A DNA stretch of 64,000 nt from Geopsychrobacteraceae bacterium. GTDB taxonomy: Bacteria > Desulfobacterota > Desulfuromonadia > Desulfuromonadales > Geopsychrobacteraceae. Below the pieces are notes generated by a model, which saw only the letters and a list, made by a program, of their open reading frames with translations, made no database searches and was not told where the DNA came from. The translations under genes and the position numbers were made by a program. Within the stretch, counting starts at the first letter, position 1, and every line of letters starts with the position of its first letter. The DNA lies in the NCBI GenBank assembly GCA_963676795.2, contig CAXXTB010000001.1, positions 224,001 to 288,000 on the forward strand. The letters run 5' to 3'. Below, in pieces: positions 20,428 to 34,187 of this stretch.

Positions 20428-21147
20428 CTAGATAGCGATATTGATCTGCTTGTCCGCATAAAGCGCATAGCTATCGGCGGCCACCCTGGGATAAAAAACA
20501 ACCCGGCGCCCCGCCTCGTCCAGCTCACAGACAGCCGCCTGAGCATAGACATGACACCACAGCTGGTCCACACGGCTCTCGGAGGTGAAAAAGACCATCG
20601 TCAGGGAACCTTTACGCAAGACGAACTGTGCCTTCTGTTCTTCCTGCATTTTCTTCAACAGAATTTCACTGTTAAAGACAAATGCAGGAAAACAGAGTGA
20701 GTATTCAATCAGCCCGGGGACAAACACCGGTAGAGGATTCTTCTCCCGGGTCAGTTCTTCGCCGGTTCTGAGGACTGCATCATCCTTGCTGTCACGCAGG
20801 TGTTTGAAACAGAAATCCATGTCCGCCTGGGACATGCGCAGGGTATTGAGCAACGGCGGCAACTCGCCCTCAACGACTCTCAAGCCGAGATCATGAAGCT
20901 CTGCCTCTGCGGTAAAATAATCAACGCGCAGAATCTGGCGGGCGCTCTTTTTCATCTCCTCAATCAGTTTACGCATCGCAACAAAACGACGCCGGGCCTG
21001 ATCATCACTTCTCTGGCGGGCAGCCGGCTGGCGTTGCGGGTTTTCGTCTCGTTGCTGGGGGTCGACACGAGGGTAGGGGGAAACCGGCTCAACTTCCGGA
21101 TAGGGTTGATAGGCATGTAACTGCCCGATGCGAAGATTTGTGGCCAT
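20428..21147 (-). CDS. Hypothetical protein
   Basis: Long ORF; start uncertain. Confidence 0.55.
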   Translation of the reverse strand: MATNLRIGQLHAYQPYPEVEPVSPYPRVDPQQRDENPQRQPAARQRSDDQARRRFVAMRKLIEEMKKSARQILRVDYFTAEAELHDLGLRVVEGELPPLLNTLRMSQADMDFCFKHLRDSKDDAVLRTGEELTREKNPLPVFVPGLIEYSLCFPAFVFNSEILLKKMQEEQKAQFVLRKGSLTMVFFTSESRVDQLWCHVYAQAAVCELDEAGRRVVFYPRVAADSYALYADKQINIAI

Positions 21148-21326
21148 AATCAGAATCCTTCCGTGGATATCTCTGTTCAGAGCATTATAGCTCTTCTCTT
21201 TTTCGACGGGAAGCACCTGGAAGTTTAGTCAAATAACTGATTTATAGCGATTTTCTATTTATTCTTTCGCTGTTTACCTCATTTTCATGATAATTCGCAA
21301 GACGTGAACCAAATTCCGTGAATAAA

Positions 21327-21707
21327 TCAGACAACCGGGGGTTTGTCCTCCCTCTGAAATTGTGGTTCTCCGTCCGGGTAGGGTCCTTCAGCTTCGTAAA
21401 TCGCCGGTTCGACCTTGTCAAGCTCCGGCTCTTCGGCGTCTGGCTGAGGCTTTTCAACAACAGCTGGTGCCGATTTCTTCTGTTCCTTTTCGGCCCTCTT
21501 CTCGAGGCGCGACTTACGGAATTTACGCGAAACCGCGGCAAGCAGACCGAGGACGACACCGACCAGAACCGCAGAGAGCACCAACAGTGGCAAGGGAGTG
21601 GAAAATTGCCACTTGAACAGGACAATATCGACAGCCTGGTCATTCTGCACAACAAAGGCAAGCACCGGAACCAGCAGAATCAGTCCGAACACCAGTTTGT
21701 ATTTCAT
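21327..21707 (-). CDS. LapA/DUF1049 family membrane protein
   Basis: FVVQNDQAVDIVLFKWQF..PL motif, two TMs. Confidence 0.75.
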   Translation of the reverse strand: MKYKLVFGLILLVPVLAFVVQNDQAVDIVLFKWQFSTPLPLLVLSAVLVGVVLGLLAAVSRKFRKSRLEKRAEKEQKKSAPAVVEKPQPDAEEPELDKVEPAIYEAEGPYPDGEPQFQREDKPPVV

Positions 21708-21785
21708 GGATACTCCTGTTCATAGGCAAAAATGACATCCTATCAGGACTTTATCGGAAAATCATTATAGCTCATCGCCTCTGAA

Positions 21786-21818
21786 TAAAAAAAAACGGGG
21801 AACCCTGCAGATTCCCCG
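21786..21818 (-). terminator. Terminator after DegQ protease
   Basis: CGGGGAA/TTCCCCG stem plus long T-run on the minus strand. Confidence 0.7.
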
Positions 21819-21903
21819 AATATGAACGTAGGAGGTAACGTCCAAAATGTTGTGGTTGCCGCCCGGCGCTGAGCAAGGACGCCGGGCAGCTTGTGGAACT
21901 TGT

Positions 21904-23358
21904 TTAATTCAGCTTGAGAGGCAGATAACGGCTGGCATCACCCTGGCGCACCAGGAGCAGCACGGTTTTCTTTCCGCTTTCGACGATCAACTTCTTGACC
22001 TGATTCGGGTCACTGACCGGAATCCGGTTCACTTCCTCGATCAGATCGCCGCGGCGCAGACCGGCACGAGCCGCAGGGGAACCGCTCTCAACAGAGCTGA
22101 TGAGAACACCGCTTTGCCCTTCGTAGCCGAGCTGAGCGGCCAGTTCCGGAGTCAGTTTCTGCAGCGCCAGACCGACCTTTGGAAGAGCGTCCGGCGATAC
22201 GGCATGCCCCTGATCGTCGCTCTCCATCGTACCGATAACGACGTCGATTTTCTGGCTCTTGCCATCACGTTGAACCAGCAGGATCACCTTGGTTCCGGGA
22301 CGGGTCAAGGCTATCTTATTGCGAAAGGTGGCAACCTTGTCGACCGGCTCTCCATCCATCTTCAGGATGACGTCACCCTGCTGAAGCCCGGCTTGCTGCG
22401 CAGGAGAGTCGTCCTGGACCTGGGCTATAAGTATTCCGGTACGTTGCTCGATACCGAACGCGTCAGCCAGTTCCTTGGTCAGATCCTGGATGACCACACC
22501 GAGGCGTCCGCGGGTGACTGTACCATGACTGACCAGCTGCTGACGGATATCCCTGGCCATGTTGATCGGAATCGCGAAGCCGATCCCCATGTAGCCCCCG
22601 CTGCGGCTGAAGATTGCGGTGTTCATGCCGACAACCTCGCCGTCGAGGTTGACCAGCGGACCTCCGGAGTTACCCGGGTTGATCGCCGCATCGGTCTGAA
22701 TGAAGTTTTCGTAGTCGTTGAGGCCGATACCGCTGCGCCCTTTGGCACTGACGATTCCGGCTGTCAGGGTGTGCGACAGGCCGAACGGGTTGCCGAAGGC
22801 GAGAACCCAGTCGCCGACTTCAAGCCTATCGGAATCACCCAGCTTGAGAAACGGCAGCTTCTCATCCGCATCGATCTTGATCAATGCGACATCGGTCGGC
22901 GGATCGGTACCGACGATTTCGGCGGCATACTCCCGGCCATCGAGCAGCTGGACAGTCACTCTGTCGGCATCACCGACCACATGGTTATTGGTCATGATGT
23001 AACCGTCATCCGATATCAGAAAACCCGAGCCCTGACCGGTTGCATAGCGCTTCTGGCTATTGCCGTTCGGAGCCTGCTGTTGCGGCTGCTGGAAAAAACG
23101 TCGGAAAAATTCATCATTGAAGGGGGAATTTTCCCCGAACGGATTGCTGCCCTGCTGCTGGGCGACCTCTTTTTCAACCTGGATAAAGACGACGGCCGGT
23201 GATACCTCTTTGGCCACACTGCGGAAGGCCTTTTCGGTCTGGCGCAGGCTGTTCAGGCCGTTCTCCTGGGCCGCTGCCTGGGAAACCAACGTCCCACCGG
23301 CCAGTGCAACTGTCAGCAGGCAGGTCAGCAGTAAATTAAACAGACGCTTGTTTTTCAT
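21904..23358 (-). CDS. degQ: Do/DegQ family serine endoprotease with two PDZ domains
   Basis: TNNHVV, TDVALIK, IQTDAAINPGNSGGPL. Confidence 0.9.
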   Translation of the reverse strand: MKNKRLFNLLLTCLLTVALAGGTLVSQAAAQENGLNSLRQTEKAFRSVAKEVSPAVVFIQVEKEVAQQQGSNPFGENSPFNDEFFRRFFQQPQQQAPNGNSQKRYATGQGSGFLISDDGYIMTNNHVVGDADRVTVQLLDGREYAAEIVGTDPPTDVALIKIDADEKLPFLKLGDSDRLEVGDWVLAFGNPFGLSHTLTAGIVSAKGRSGIGLNDYENFIQTDAAINPGNSGGPLVNLDGEVVGMNTAIFSRSGGYMGIGFAIPINMARDIRQQLVSHGTVTRGRLGVVIQDLTKELADAFGIEQRTGILIAQVQDDSPAQQAGLQQGDVILKMDGEPVDKVATFRNKIALTRPGTKVILLVQRDGKSQKIDVVIGTMESDDQGHAVSPDALPKVGLALQKLTPELAAQLGYEGQSGVLISSVESGSPAARAGLRRGDLIEEVNRIPVSDPNQVKKLIVESGKKTVLLLVRQGDASRYLPLKLN

Positions 23359-23780
23359 CGTTCTTGACTCCTCGCACATGATTCTTGGTCGTGACTTTGG
23401 AGACAGGCGGAACGAACCAACTCAAGCATGGTATCCAGATCAAACGGCTTGTCGATCGTGACGGTCGCACCGAAGCGGTACGCTGTTTCATGAGTCTGGG
23501 TATCACCAAAGGCGGTCATGCAGATGAACGGAGGGCGGTCTGACTTGTCGAACTGGCTTTCCAGAACTTCCAGGCCGGTCAGGGCCGGCATTCTGACATC
23601 ACTGATAATCAGGTCGAAACGCTCAGAATGTTCCAGTTCTTCAAGCAACTGTAGACCATTCTGACAGGCGGTGACCCGGTAGCCTTCACGTTCAAGGACC
23701 AGAATCAACAGCTCACGGAGCTCTGTATCGTCTTCAGCAAGAAGGATCTGAGGTGTTATGTCGAGTTTGGCTGCTTCCAT
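23355..23780 (-). CDS. Single-domain response regulator
   Basis: LLAEDD, IISDVRMP, MTAFG, DKPF. Confidence 0.88.
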   Translation of the reverse strand: MEAAKLDITPQILLAEDDTELRELLILVLEREGYRVTACQNGLQLLEELEHSERFDLIISDVRMPALTGLEVLESQFDKSDRPPFICMTAFGDTQTHETAYRFGATVTIDKPFDLDTMLELVRSACLQSHDQESCARSQER

Positions 23781-23818
23781 CAGTGTCTCCGAAAAAATTG
23801 AAACCTGACAAAAGATTG

Positions 23819-23835
23819 AGCAAACCGCGTGCCAA
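23819..23835 (-). promoter_or_regulatory. Sigma54 -24/-12 promoter for response regulator-degQ
   Basis: Minus strand TTGGCACGCGGTTTGCT matches TGGCACG-N4-TTGC. Confidence 0.85.
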
Positions 23836-23876
23836 ACATAAATAACGAAAGATCAGCCAGTTAGAGAATGTACGGT

Positions 23877-23911
23877 CGGGGCATATTGCCACCTCGGGGC
23901 AAAATGCCCCG
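23877..23911. promoter_or_regulatory. Tandem palindromic enhancer (UAS) for sigma54 activator
   Basis: GGGGCATATTGCCAC and CGGGGCAAAATGCCCCG about 45-75 bp upstream of the sigma54 promoter. Confidence 0.6.
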
Positions 23912-23975
23912 AAAATGGCGATACAATCTCAGATCTGAAATGTGAAATCGCAAGCTGAAGGAGGAGAGTGATCCG

Positions 23976-25343
23976 TCACTCCTCTTTCAGCTTGCGGTAG
24001 AGGGTTTTGCGATCGACGCCAAGTAGCCTGGCCGCCAGGGTCCGGTTGCCGTCGAGCTGGTCGAGAACCTGATGGATGTAGCGTCTCTCCATCTCTTCGA
24101 GGGGCAGGATGTTGCCGGCAGTGACCAGGCTGGCCGGGACCGGTTCACTGCCGCCGGGATGGCGGACATTGTCGGGCAGATCCTCGACCGTGATCTGGTC
24201 ATGATGGGTCAGAGCCAGGGCGCGTTCGACGACATTGCGCAGTTCACGTACGTTGCCCGGCCAGGAATAGGCGAGCAGGCAGGCGGCGGCCGGTTTAGCC
24301 AGACCGACGACCGATTTGTTGAAGCGCGGCGCCAACTGCCGAATGAAGTTCTGGGCCAGCAGCAGCACGTCATGCCCCCGTTCATGGAGGGAGGGAAGCT
24401 TCAGCTGAATAACGTTCAGCCGGTAGAAAAGGTCGCTGCGGAAGCGTCCGGCGGCAACTTCCGCTTCCAGATTCTTGTGGCTGGCCGCCAGCACGCGAAC
24501 ATCGCAGGCGATCTCGCTGCTGCCACCTAATGGGCGGACCTTGTGGTCCTCCAGCACCCGCAGCAGTTTGGGCTGCAGGGCCAGCGGCATCTCGGCGATC
24601 TCGTCAAGCAGCAGGGTGCCACCCGAAGCCTCAACGAACAGCCCCTTGCGGTTCTCGCGGGCGTCGGTAAAAGCCCCTTTGACGTGACCAAACAGCTCCC
24701 CTTCTAGTAGACTCTCCGGCAGAGCGGCACAGTTGATAGCAACAAAGGGTCCGTCGTGGCGTTTGCTCTGCTGATGCAGGGCTCTGGCCACCAGTTCCTT
24801 GCCGGTTCCGCTTTCGCCGCTGATCAGTACCGAGATGTCAAGATCGGCGATCCGCACGATCTGTTCCTTGATCGCATCCATAACCGGACTCTGTCCCAGC
24901 AGCTCGCCCCCAGGTTGCTGACGCCGGACCTGGTCCTTGAGCAGCCGCACCTTTTCCTGCAGATGACGATGTTCAAGGGCTCGTTCCAGGGCAATATGCA
25001 GCAGATCAAGGTCGATCGGCTTGGTGACAAAGTCATAAGCCCCGGCCCGCAGCGCCGCCGTCGCCGTCTCCAGGCTGCCGAAAGCGGTCATGATCACCAC
25101 CGGCAGATCGGGACGAATCTCGTGCAGTTCGGCGCAGAAATCGATACCACTGACACCAGGCATATTGATATCGCTGAGGACAACGTCAAACTCCTGTTCG
25201 TGAAGCAACTCGCGCGCCGCGCTGACGCTACGCGCCGTCATAACCTGATGACCACGCCTGGCAAGATCCTCTTCCATCAGCTCGCAGAGTGCCTGATCAT
25301 CGTCCAGAACCAGAATCCGTCCCGGCAGACGGGTCTCTTTCAT
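23976..25343 (-). CDS. Sigma54-dependent NtrC-family response regulator
   Basis: Receiver, GESGTGKE, GAFTDA, WPGNVREL, Fis HTH. Confidence 0.93.
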   Translation of the reverse strand: MKETRLPGRILVLDDDQALCELMEEDLARRGHQVMTARSVSAARELLHEQEFDVVLSDINMPGVSGIDFCAELHEIRPDLPVVIMTAFGSLETATAALRAGAYDFVTKPIDLDLLHIALERALEHRHLQEKVRLLKDQVRRQQPGGELLGQSPVMDAIKEQIVRIADLDISVLISGESGTGKELVARALHQQSKRHDGPFVAINCAALPESLLEGELFGHVKGAFTDARENRKGLFVEASGGTLLLDEIAEMPLALQPKLLRVLEDHKVRPLGGSSEIACDVRVLAASHKNLEAEVAAGRFRSDLFYRLNVIQLKLPSLHERGHDVLLLAQNFIRQLAPRFNKSVVGLAKPAAACLLAYSWPGNVRELRNVVERALALTHHDQITVEDLPDNVRHPGGSEPVPASLVTAGNILPLEEMERRYIHQVLDQLDGNRTLAARLLGVDRKTLYRKLKEE

Positions 25344-26818
25344 AGCTGTTCTCCTCTATTGGCTAACGGCAGATAGACCTGAAAACGACTCCCCTTGCCG
25401 GGGTCGCTGCTGACACTGATCCAGCCGCCGTGCTCTTCGATAATGCCATAGGCGATCGAGAGGCCAAGGCCTGTCCCCTGACCGACATCCTTGGTGGTAA
25501 AGAAGGGATCGAAGATCTGCTTGCGGGTCGCTTCATCCATACCGATCCCCTGGTCAACCACCTCCAGACAGGCCCAGCGCTCCGACCTGTTTTTGATATT
25601 CTCCGGGGGAACCACCTGCGTGGCCTCCCGACAATGCAGCTCGAGACAGCCGCCATCGGGCATCGCCTGTATACCGTTGAGACAGAGGTTGAGCAGAACC
25701 TGCTGAATCTGGGCCGGGTCGACCTCCGCCCTGAGCGGTTGCTCAGACTCACAGATTTTCATCTCGACCTTGAGCTTGTGGGCGGTCGGATCGAGCAACG
25801 GCTCTACGGCCCGCACGACTGGGTTCAGGTCAACCGGTTGTTTGCGTGATTCGCCGCGCCGGGCGAAGCTGAGCAGCTGACGCATGATGGCCGTCATCCG
25901 CTCGGCCTGCTCGCCGATAATCCGGGCACTGCGTGAGACGTCCTCGGTGCCCAGGTCCCCGCGACCGATCAGCTTGGCCCGCCCTGCTATGACATTGAGC
26001 GGTGTCCCCAGCTCGTGAGCCATCCCGGCGGAGAGCTGACCCAGGGTCGCCAGCCGCTCGGTATGCCTGAGCTTTTCCAGGGCGGCGATCTTTGCGGCGT
26101 TGGCCTCCAGTTCGGCCTGACGCGCCTCGGCCAGCTGACCACGCATCCGTTCGATGGTCGATGAGAGCTCGGCCAGCTCATCCCGGCCGCTCAGGTTGAC
26201 ACTGGTGGTAAAATCGCCGGTCCCGATCCGTTCGGCCTGTGCCCTCAGTTTGCGCATCGGCCGACCGACCCAGATACTCCCCAGCACCCCCATCAGCAAC
26301 AGCCCGGAAGCGACACAGCCGATGATGATATAGGCACTGCGGCGCAAACTGCCTTCGACATAATCGTGCAGTTCATCCATCGATTCCGACAGCTCGATGG
26401 CACCGAGTCGGCCATCGGGAATCATCAGCGGCACGTAGGTAAGGAGAAAATCGCGCCCGTCATCGGTGCCGGCAATCAGGGCGACCGTCACTTCATCGTG
26501 CAGCTCTTCCAGGCGATCGATCGGTAATTGTGGCTTGTACTTCTTCTCGGCATTCTCATCGATCCAGACCCAACGCACCAGGGTCTGGGTATACCCCTGA
26601 TTGGCCCGACCGAGGAAACTGATCGCCACCTCTTCACCGCGCTGCTGCCAGAGTTCGGTGACGATCGCCCTCAGACTCTCGCCGATATGGCGCGACTCAC
26701 GGCTCAAGTTTTTCTTCAACTGAGCCCGCTCACGCTGGATCGAATAGTAGCTGTGAACCGAGAAGATCAGAGCCACCCCGAGCAGAATGGCGAAGGTGAT
26801 TTTAATTGTCAGGCGCAT
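25340..26818 (-). CDS. HAMP sensor histidine kinase
   Basis: AHELGTPL, NLCLNG, DQGIG, FDPFFTTK, GTGLGL. Confidence 0.93.
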   Translation of the reverse strand: MRLTIKITFAILLGVALIFSVHSYYSIQRERAQLKKNLSRESRHIGESLRAIVTELWQQRGEEVAISFLGRANQGYTQTLVRWVWIDENAEKKYKPQLPIDRLEELHDEVTVALIAGTDDGRDFLLTYVPLMIPDGRLGAIELSESMDELHDYVEGSLRRSAYIIIGCVASGLLLMGVLGSIWVGRPMRKLRAQAERIGTGDFTTSVNLSGRDELAELSSTIERMRGQLAEARQAELEANAAKIAALEKLRHTERLATLGQLSAGMAHELGTPLNVIAGRAKLIGRGDLGTEDVSRSARIIGEQAERMTAIMRQLLSFARRGESRKQPVDLNPVVRAVEPLLDPTAHKLKVEMKICESEQPLRAEVDPAQIQQVLLNLCLNGIQAMPDGGCLELHCREATQVVPPENIKNRSERWACLEVVDQGIGMDEATRKQIFDPFFTTKDVGQGTGLGLSIAYGIIEEHGGWISVSSDPGKGSRFQVYLPLANRGEQL

Positions 26819-26938
26819 CTAAAGGGGCTGCCTCTCTGGCCGTCGAGACCTGAACCGTTAAAAACTGAATGGTTGATTCGGACGGAAAGCCTCATCTTGA
26901 TTCGGCTGCGAGCACTTGTCAAGCACCCTGTCGGTGAC

Positions 26939-26967
26939 AAAAAAACCCGGTCATGACTGACCGGGTT
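26939..26967 (-). terminator. Terminator after tatC
   Basis: AACCCGGTCA/TGACCGGGTT stem with T-run. Confidence 0.7.
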
Positions 26968-26985
26968 GAATATTGCGTCACTCTT

Positions 26986-27042
26986 CACCCCCCTGCTCGC
27001 AAGCTCGCTTCCCCCCTATTTTATAGGGGGGATTGAGGGGGG
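26986..27042 (-). repeat. REP-like repeat family A, copy 2
   Basis: Near identical to 946-1002. Confidence 0.85.
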
Positions 27043-27045
27043 TCA

Positions 27046-27813
27046 TTAATTGGAGGCCGCATCCGCCTCGTCTTCGAATTCATCCTCAACCTTCTTTTTC
27101 TTGCCGAACAGCCGCGCAACGACGATACCGACCTCGTAAAGGATGACAAAGGGGATCGCGATCGAAGCCTGGGAAAACAGATCTGGCGGAGTCAGCACGG
27201 CACCGACGACGAAGGCGACAATGACGGCGTATTTACGTTTTTTCGCCAGCCACTTGTGATCAACGATACCCAGCCGGGAAAGAAAGAAGATAAGGATCGG
27301 CAGTTCAAAGACCAGGCCGAAGGCGATCAACAGACGGGTTGCCAGGGTCAGGTAGGAGCCCATCGACAACATCGCCTGAATGCCACCGACACTGATACCA
27401 TAGGTCACCAGGAAGGTGAAGACCATCGGGAAAACCAGGGTAAAACCGAAGTAGGCCCCGACCAGGAAACAGAGCGAGCTGAAAAAAACGAAGGGCACTG
27501 CCACCCGTTTTTCATTCTTGTAGAGTCCAGGCGCGATGAAACCCCAGATCTGCCAGACGATGATCGGAAAGGCACAGACCAGGGCGGCCAGGGCGGAAAC
27601 CTTGAGGATGGTGAAAAAGGGCTCGGTCGCGTTGATAAAGACCAGCGAACTCCCTTCGGGTAGTGCCTGCTGAACCGGTTCGGCGACAAACTGGAAGATT
27701 CTCTCACCAAAGGCATAACAGACCAGAAAAGCGACCAGCCAGGCTCCCGCGGCAATCATCAAGCGTTTGCGCAGTTCGCCCAGGTGGTCGGTCAGTGTCA
27801 TCTCGTCAGCCAT
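27046..27813 (-). CDS. tatC: Twin-arginine translocase TatC
   Basis: [33 protein letters not shown]; start at MADEMT. Confidence 0.95.
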   Translation of the reverse strand: MADEMTLTDHLGELRKRLMIAAGAWLVAFLVCYAFGERIFQFVAEPVQQALPEGSSLVFINATEPFFTILKVSALAALVCAFPIIVWQIWGFIAPGLYKNEKRVAVPFVFFSSLCFLVGAYFGFTLVFPMVFTFLVTYGISVGGIQAMLSMGSYLTLATRLLIAFGLVFELPILIFFLSRLGIVDHKWLAKKRKYAVIVAFVVGAVLTPPDLFSQASIAIPFVILYEVGIVVARLFGKKKKVEDEFEDEADAASN

Positions 27814-28186
27814 CGACTTGCGACTCCTGTTTTGGCTCAGCGACCGGATCGGTCTTGGCGACCGTTGCCGGCGGCTTATCCGAAGCAGAATCTTCAGTGC
27901 CAGCGGCCTCCTCGCCCTCTTCTGCAAGAGAGCTTTCCTCAGCAGCCGGGACCGGCTCCAGGCCATGTTCCTGGGCGACCATCCGGGCAGTCTTTTCATT
28001 GGCCGCCTTGAGCTCGTCCGCTTTCATCTCCATCTCAAAGGTGGTTTTGAGCTCATTGGTGGCTTTCTTGAACTCGGCAAAACCACGCCCCAGCGACTTT
28101 GCCAGTTCAGGCAGTTTTTTGGGGCCGAGTACGATCAACGCAATAGCGACGATCAATATCATTTCTGTCATACCGATGCCGAACAT
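27806..28186 (-). CDS. tatB: Twin-arginine translocase TatA/TatB subunit
   Basis: [18 protein letters not shown]; directly upstream of tatC. Confidence 0.75.
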   Translation of the reverse strand: MFGIGMTEMILIVAIALIVLGPKKLPELAKSLGRGFAEFKKATNELKTTFEMEMKADELKAANEKTARMVAQEHGLEPVPAAEESSLAEEGEEAAGTEDSASDKPPATVAKTDPVAEPKQESQVDG

Positions 28187-28248
28187 CCGTGCAGTTCCTC
28201 TCTTACAGGGTGTAACTGAGGCAACATGAAAACCGCTCCAGTCCGGCG

Positions 28249-28329
28249 AGAATAGACGCTAAACACCCCCCTGTCAAGCGCTCTAAAGGCGGTGAAAAGA
28301 TTGACAGATCAGGGGGTTTAGTCTACGAT
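28249..28329. promoter_or_regulatory. Back-to-back sigma70 promoters for tatBC (-) and nadA (+)
   Basis: Minus: TTGACA(28277)-17-TATTCT; plus: TTGACA(28301)-17-TACGAT. Confidence 0.7.
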
Positions 28330-28529
28330 TCGGGTTCATTTTCGGGCTGATCGCTTCAGTCTCGAAAAAAGAGCCGGAAACATACGGTAATTTAAACGGA
28401 ACAGGCGGATTCTATTCCGCTGTCCTGATACTGTCTGCGCACTTGCGAGCCCCTGTATTTGTTCCTGGCAACATACACCGGGGCTCTGTCATTTTGACGC
28501 TGACATGGTGATGAAGAGAGACAAAACGC

Positions 28530-29447
28530 ATGACCCAGGCCGATATCAAAGCACGTATCAAGGAACTGGCCGCTGAAAAGCAGGCCCTGATCATAGCCCA
28601 TAACTACCAGCGCGACGAAGTGCAGGAGATCGCCGACATCACCGGTGACTCGCTGGCCCTGTCGATCGAAGCGGCAAAGACCGACAAACCGGTCATCGTC
28701 TTCTGCGGCGTGCATTTCATGGCCGAAAGTGCAGCTATTCTCGCTCCGGAGAAGACCATCCTGCTGCCACGCGCCGACGCTGGCTGCCCGATGGCCGACA
28801 TGGTCACCGCCGAGGGACTGATCGAACTGAAGAAACAGCATCCTGACGCAACCGTCGTCACCTATGTCAACTCATCGGCCGCCGTCAAGGCCGAAAGCGA
28901 CATCTGCTGTACCAGCTCCAACGCCGTCAACGTTGCCCGCTCCCTCGACGCCAAAAAACTGCTGCTCGTTCCTGACCGCAACCTGGGGCGCTATATCGCC
29001 AAGCAGGTACCGGACAAGGAATGCATCTGCTGGGAAGGCTACTGCCCGACCCACGACCGGCTCAAGACCGAAGAGGTCATCCAGATGAAGGCAGAGCATC
29101 CGGACGCCCTGTTCATGGCTCACCCGGAATGCCGCCCAGATATCCTCGAACTGGCCGACCATATCTGCTCAACCAGTGGCATGTACGAGTTCGCCCTCAG
29201 CAACCCGGCCAAAAAATTCATCGTCGCCACCGAGAACGGGATTCTCTGGCGTCTGAAAAAGGACAACCCGGAAAAGACCTTCCTGATACCGAGCCGGGCG
29301 CTGATCTGCCCGAATATGAAGCTGACCTCCCTGGAAGATATCGTCAAATGCCTGGAGACCATGGAACCGCAGATCACCGTCCCTGAGGATGTCAGGCTCA
29401 AGGCCAAGGGCAGCCTCGACAGGATGCTCGCCGTTCCCCGCGATTGA
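28530..29447 (+). CDS. nadA: Quinolinate synthase
   Basis: [37 protein letters not shown]. Confidence 0.96.
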   Translation: MTQADIKARIKELAAEKQALIIAHNYQRDEVQEIADITGDSLALSIEAAKTDKPVIVFCGVHFMAESAAILAPEKTILLPRADAGCPMADMVTAEGLIELKKQHPDATVVTYVNSSAAVKAESDICCTSSNAVNVARSLDAKKLLLVPDRNLGRYIAKQVPDKECICWEGYCPTHDRLKTEEVIQMKAEHPDALFMAHPECRPDILELADHICSTSGMYEFALSNPAKKFIVATENGILWRLKKDNPEKTFLIPSRALICPNMKLTSLEDIVKCLETMEPQITVPEDVRLKAKGSLDRMLAVPRD

Positions 29448-29454
29448 TTATCGA

Positions 29455-29510
29455 CCCCCCTCAATCCCCCCTATAAAATAGGGGGGAAGCGAGTTTACGA
29501 GCAGGGGGGT
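29455..29510 (+). repeat. REP-like repeat family A, copy 3
   Basis: Reverse complement of 26986-27042 with few mismatches. Confidence 0.85.
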
Positions 29511-29536
29511 ATTGCTCACCTGCTGAAACAATAATT

Positions 29537-33019
<3,483 letters not shown>

Positions 33020-33209
33020 CTGTGCTAGTTTCTGTCCGGAAACCGCCCTTTTCCGCAATCTCGGCGTCATTCTGCGTATTTGCTTGTGCGGCGTAAAGTA
33101 CTACGCCTCCGCCCAAATGCTTGACTTCCTTGACCTTGCGAAAAATTACTGGTTTCCAAAACAGAAACATTCTCTGAGACTATTATGGTGTAGCCGAGTG
33201 CATTCGACG

Positions 33210-34166
33210 ATGAAAATGGTTCTTCTGCTGTTGAGTTTTCTGCTCATGGCCGCCTGTCAGCAACAGCCGGAGACTGGAGCTCCGCAGCAATCTCAACCCT
33301 TTCTCGTGGTTGGTGACAGGCATATCTCTGTCGACCAGTTCAGCCGGGAGATGAAAGCAGCCTATCCGCAGGTTGACAGCATGAGCGGTGAAGACCGTCG
33401 GCTGCTCGAGAAGCAACTGACCAAACAGCTGATCGATCGCGAACTGATCTTTGGCGAAGCGGCCCGACTCAACATCAGCTACACTCCTGATGAACTGGAC
33501 GACGCCATGGTCGACGTCCGTGGCCAACTGACCCAGGACGAGTTCTTCCAATTGCTCAAGGACTCTGGGAAAACCCCGGAAAATTGGGTCGAAGCACTGA
33601 AACTCAAATTGCTGACAACCAAGGTCATCAACGCCGTTCTCGCCGATCAGATCAGAATCAGCGACCAGGACGCTATCAGCTACTACCGGACCCACAAGCC
33701 AATGTTCGACCGCCCGGAAGAGATCCGTGCCAGGCAGATGCTTTTCAAAACCCGGGAAGATGCTCTGAAGATCCTTGCCCGCCTCCATGACGGAGAAGAC
33801 TTTGCCGAGCTGGCCAGGGACTACTCGCTGTCGCCCGACAGTGAAAACGGCGGATCGCTCGGTTACTTTGCCCGCGGCCAGCTGCCGGAAGAGTTCGACA
33901 AGGTTCTCTTCAAACTGCCGGTCAGACAGGTCAGCAACCCGGTCAAAAGCCCCTACGGCTACCATCTGTTTCTCGTTGAACGCAAACGAAACGCCGGCCT
34001 GCGCCCCTTTGCCGCGGTCAAGGACGAGATCATCGAACTGCTGAGCCAGGAAAAAGAAGAGCTGGTTTTTCAACAGTGGCTGGACAAACTGCAAAAGACA
34101 ACGCAAACTACGGTCAATTGGGAACTGCTGGAAGAGGAAAAACCGAAACCTCTGAAGGCCCCTTAA
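33210..34166 (+). CDS. Parvulin-type peptidylprolyl isomerase lipoprotein
   Basis: MAAC lipobox, FAELARDYS, GGSLG, KSPYGYH; start moved to MKMVLL. Confidence 0.85.
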   Translation: MKMVLLLLSFLLMAACQQQPETGAPQQSQPFLVVGDRHISVDQFSREMKAAYPQVDSMSGEDRRLLEKQLTKQLIDRELIFGEAARLNISYTPDELDDAMVDVRGQLTQDEFFQLLKDSGKTPENWVEALKLKLLTTKVINAVLADQIRISDQDAISYYRTHKPMFDRPEEIRARQMLFKTREDALKILARLHDGEDFAELARDYSLSPDSENGGSLGYFARGQLPEEFDKVLFKLPVRQVSNPVKSPYGYHLFLVERKRNAGLRPFAAVKDEIIELLSQEKEELVFQQWLDKLQKTTQTTVNWELLEEEKPKPLKAP

Positions 34167-34187
34167 TACATTATCAAGGACGAAAAC

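Noticed and set aside
21847..23202. Long antisense ORFs (also 4355-5680, 33183-34106 and many opposite mfd/uvrA)
   Set aside because: Shadows of well-supported genes on the other strand in GC-rich DNA
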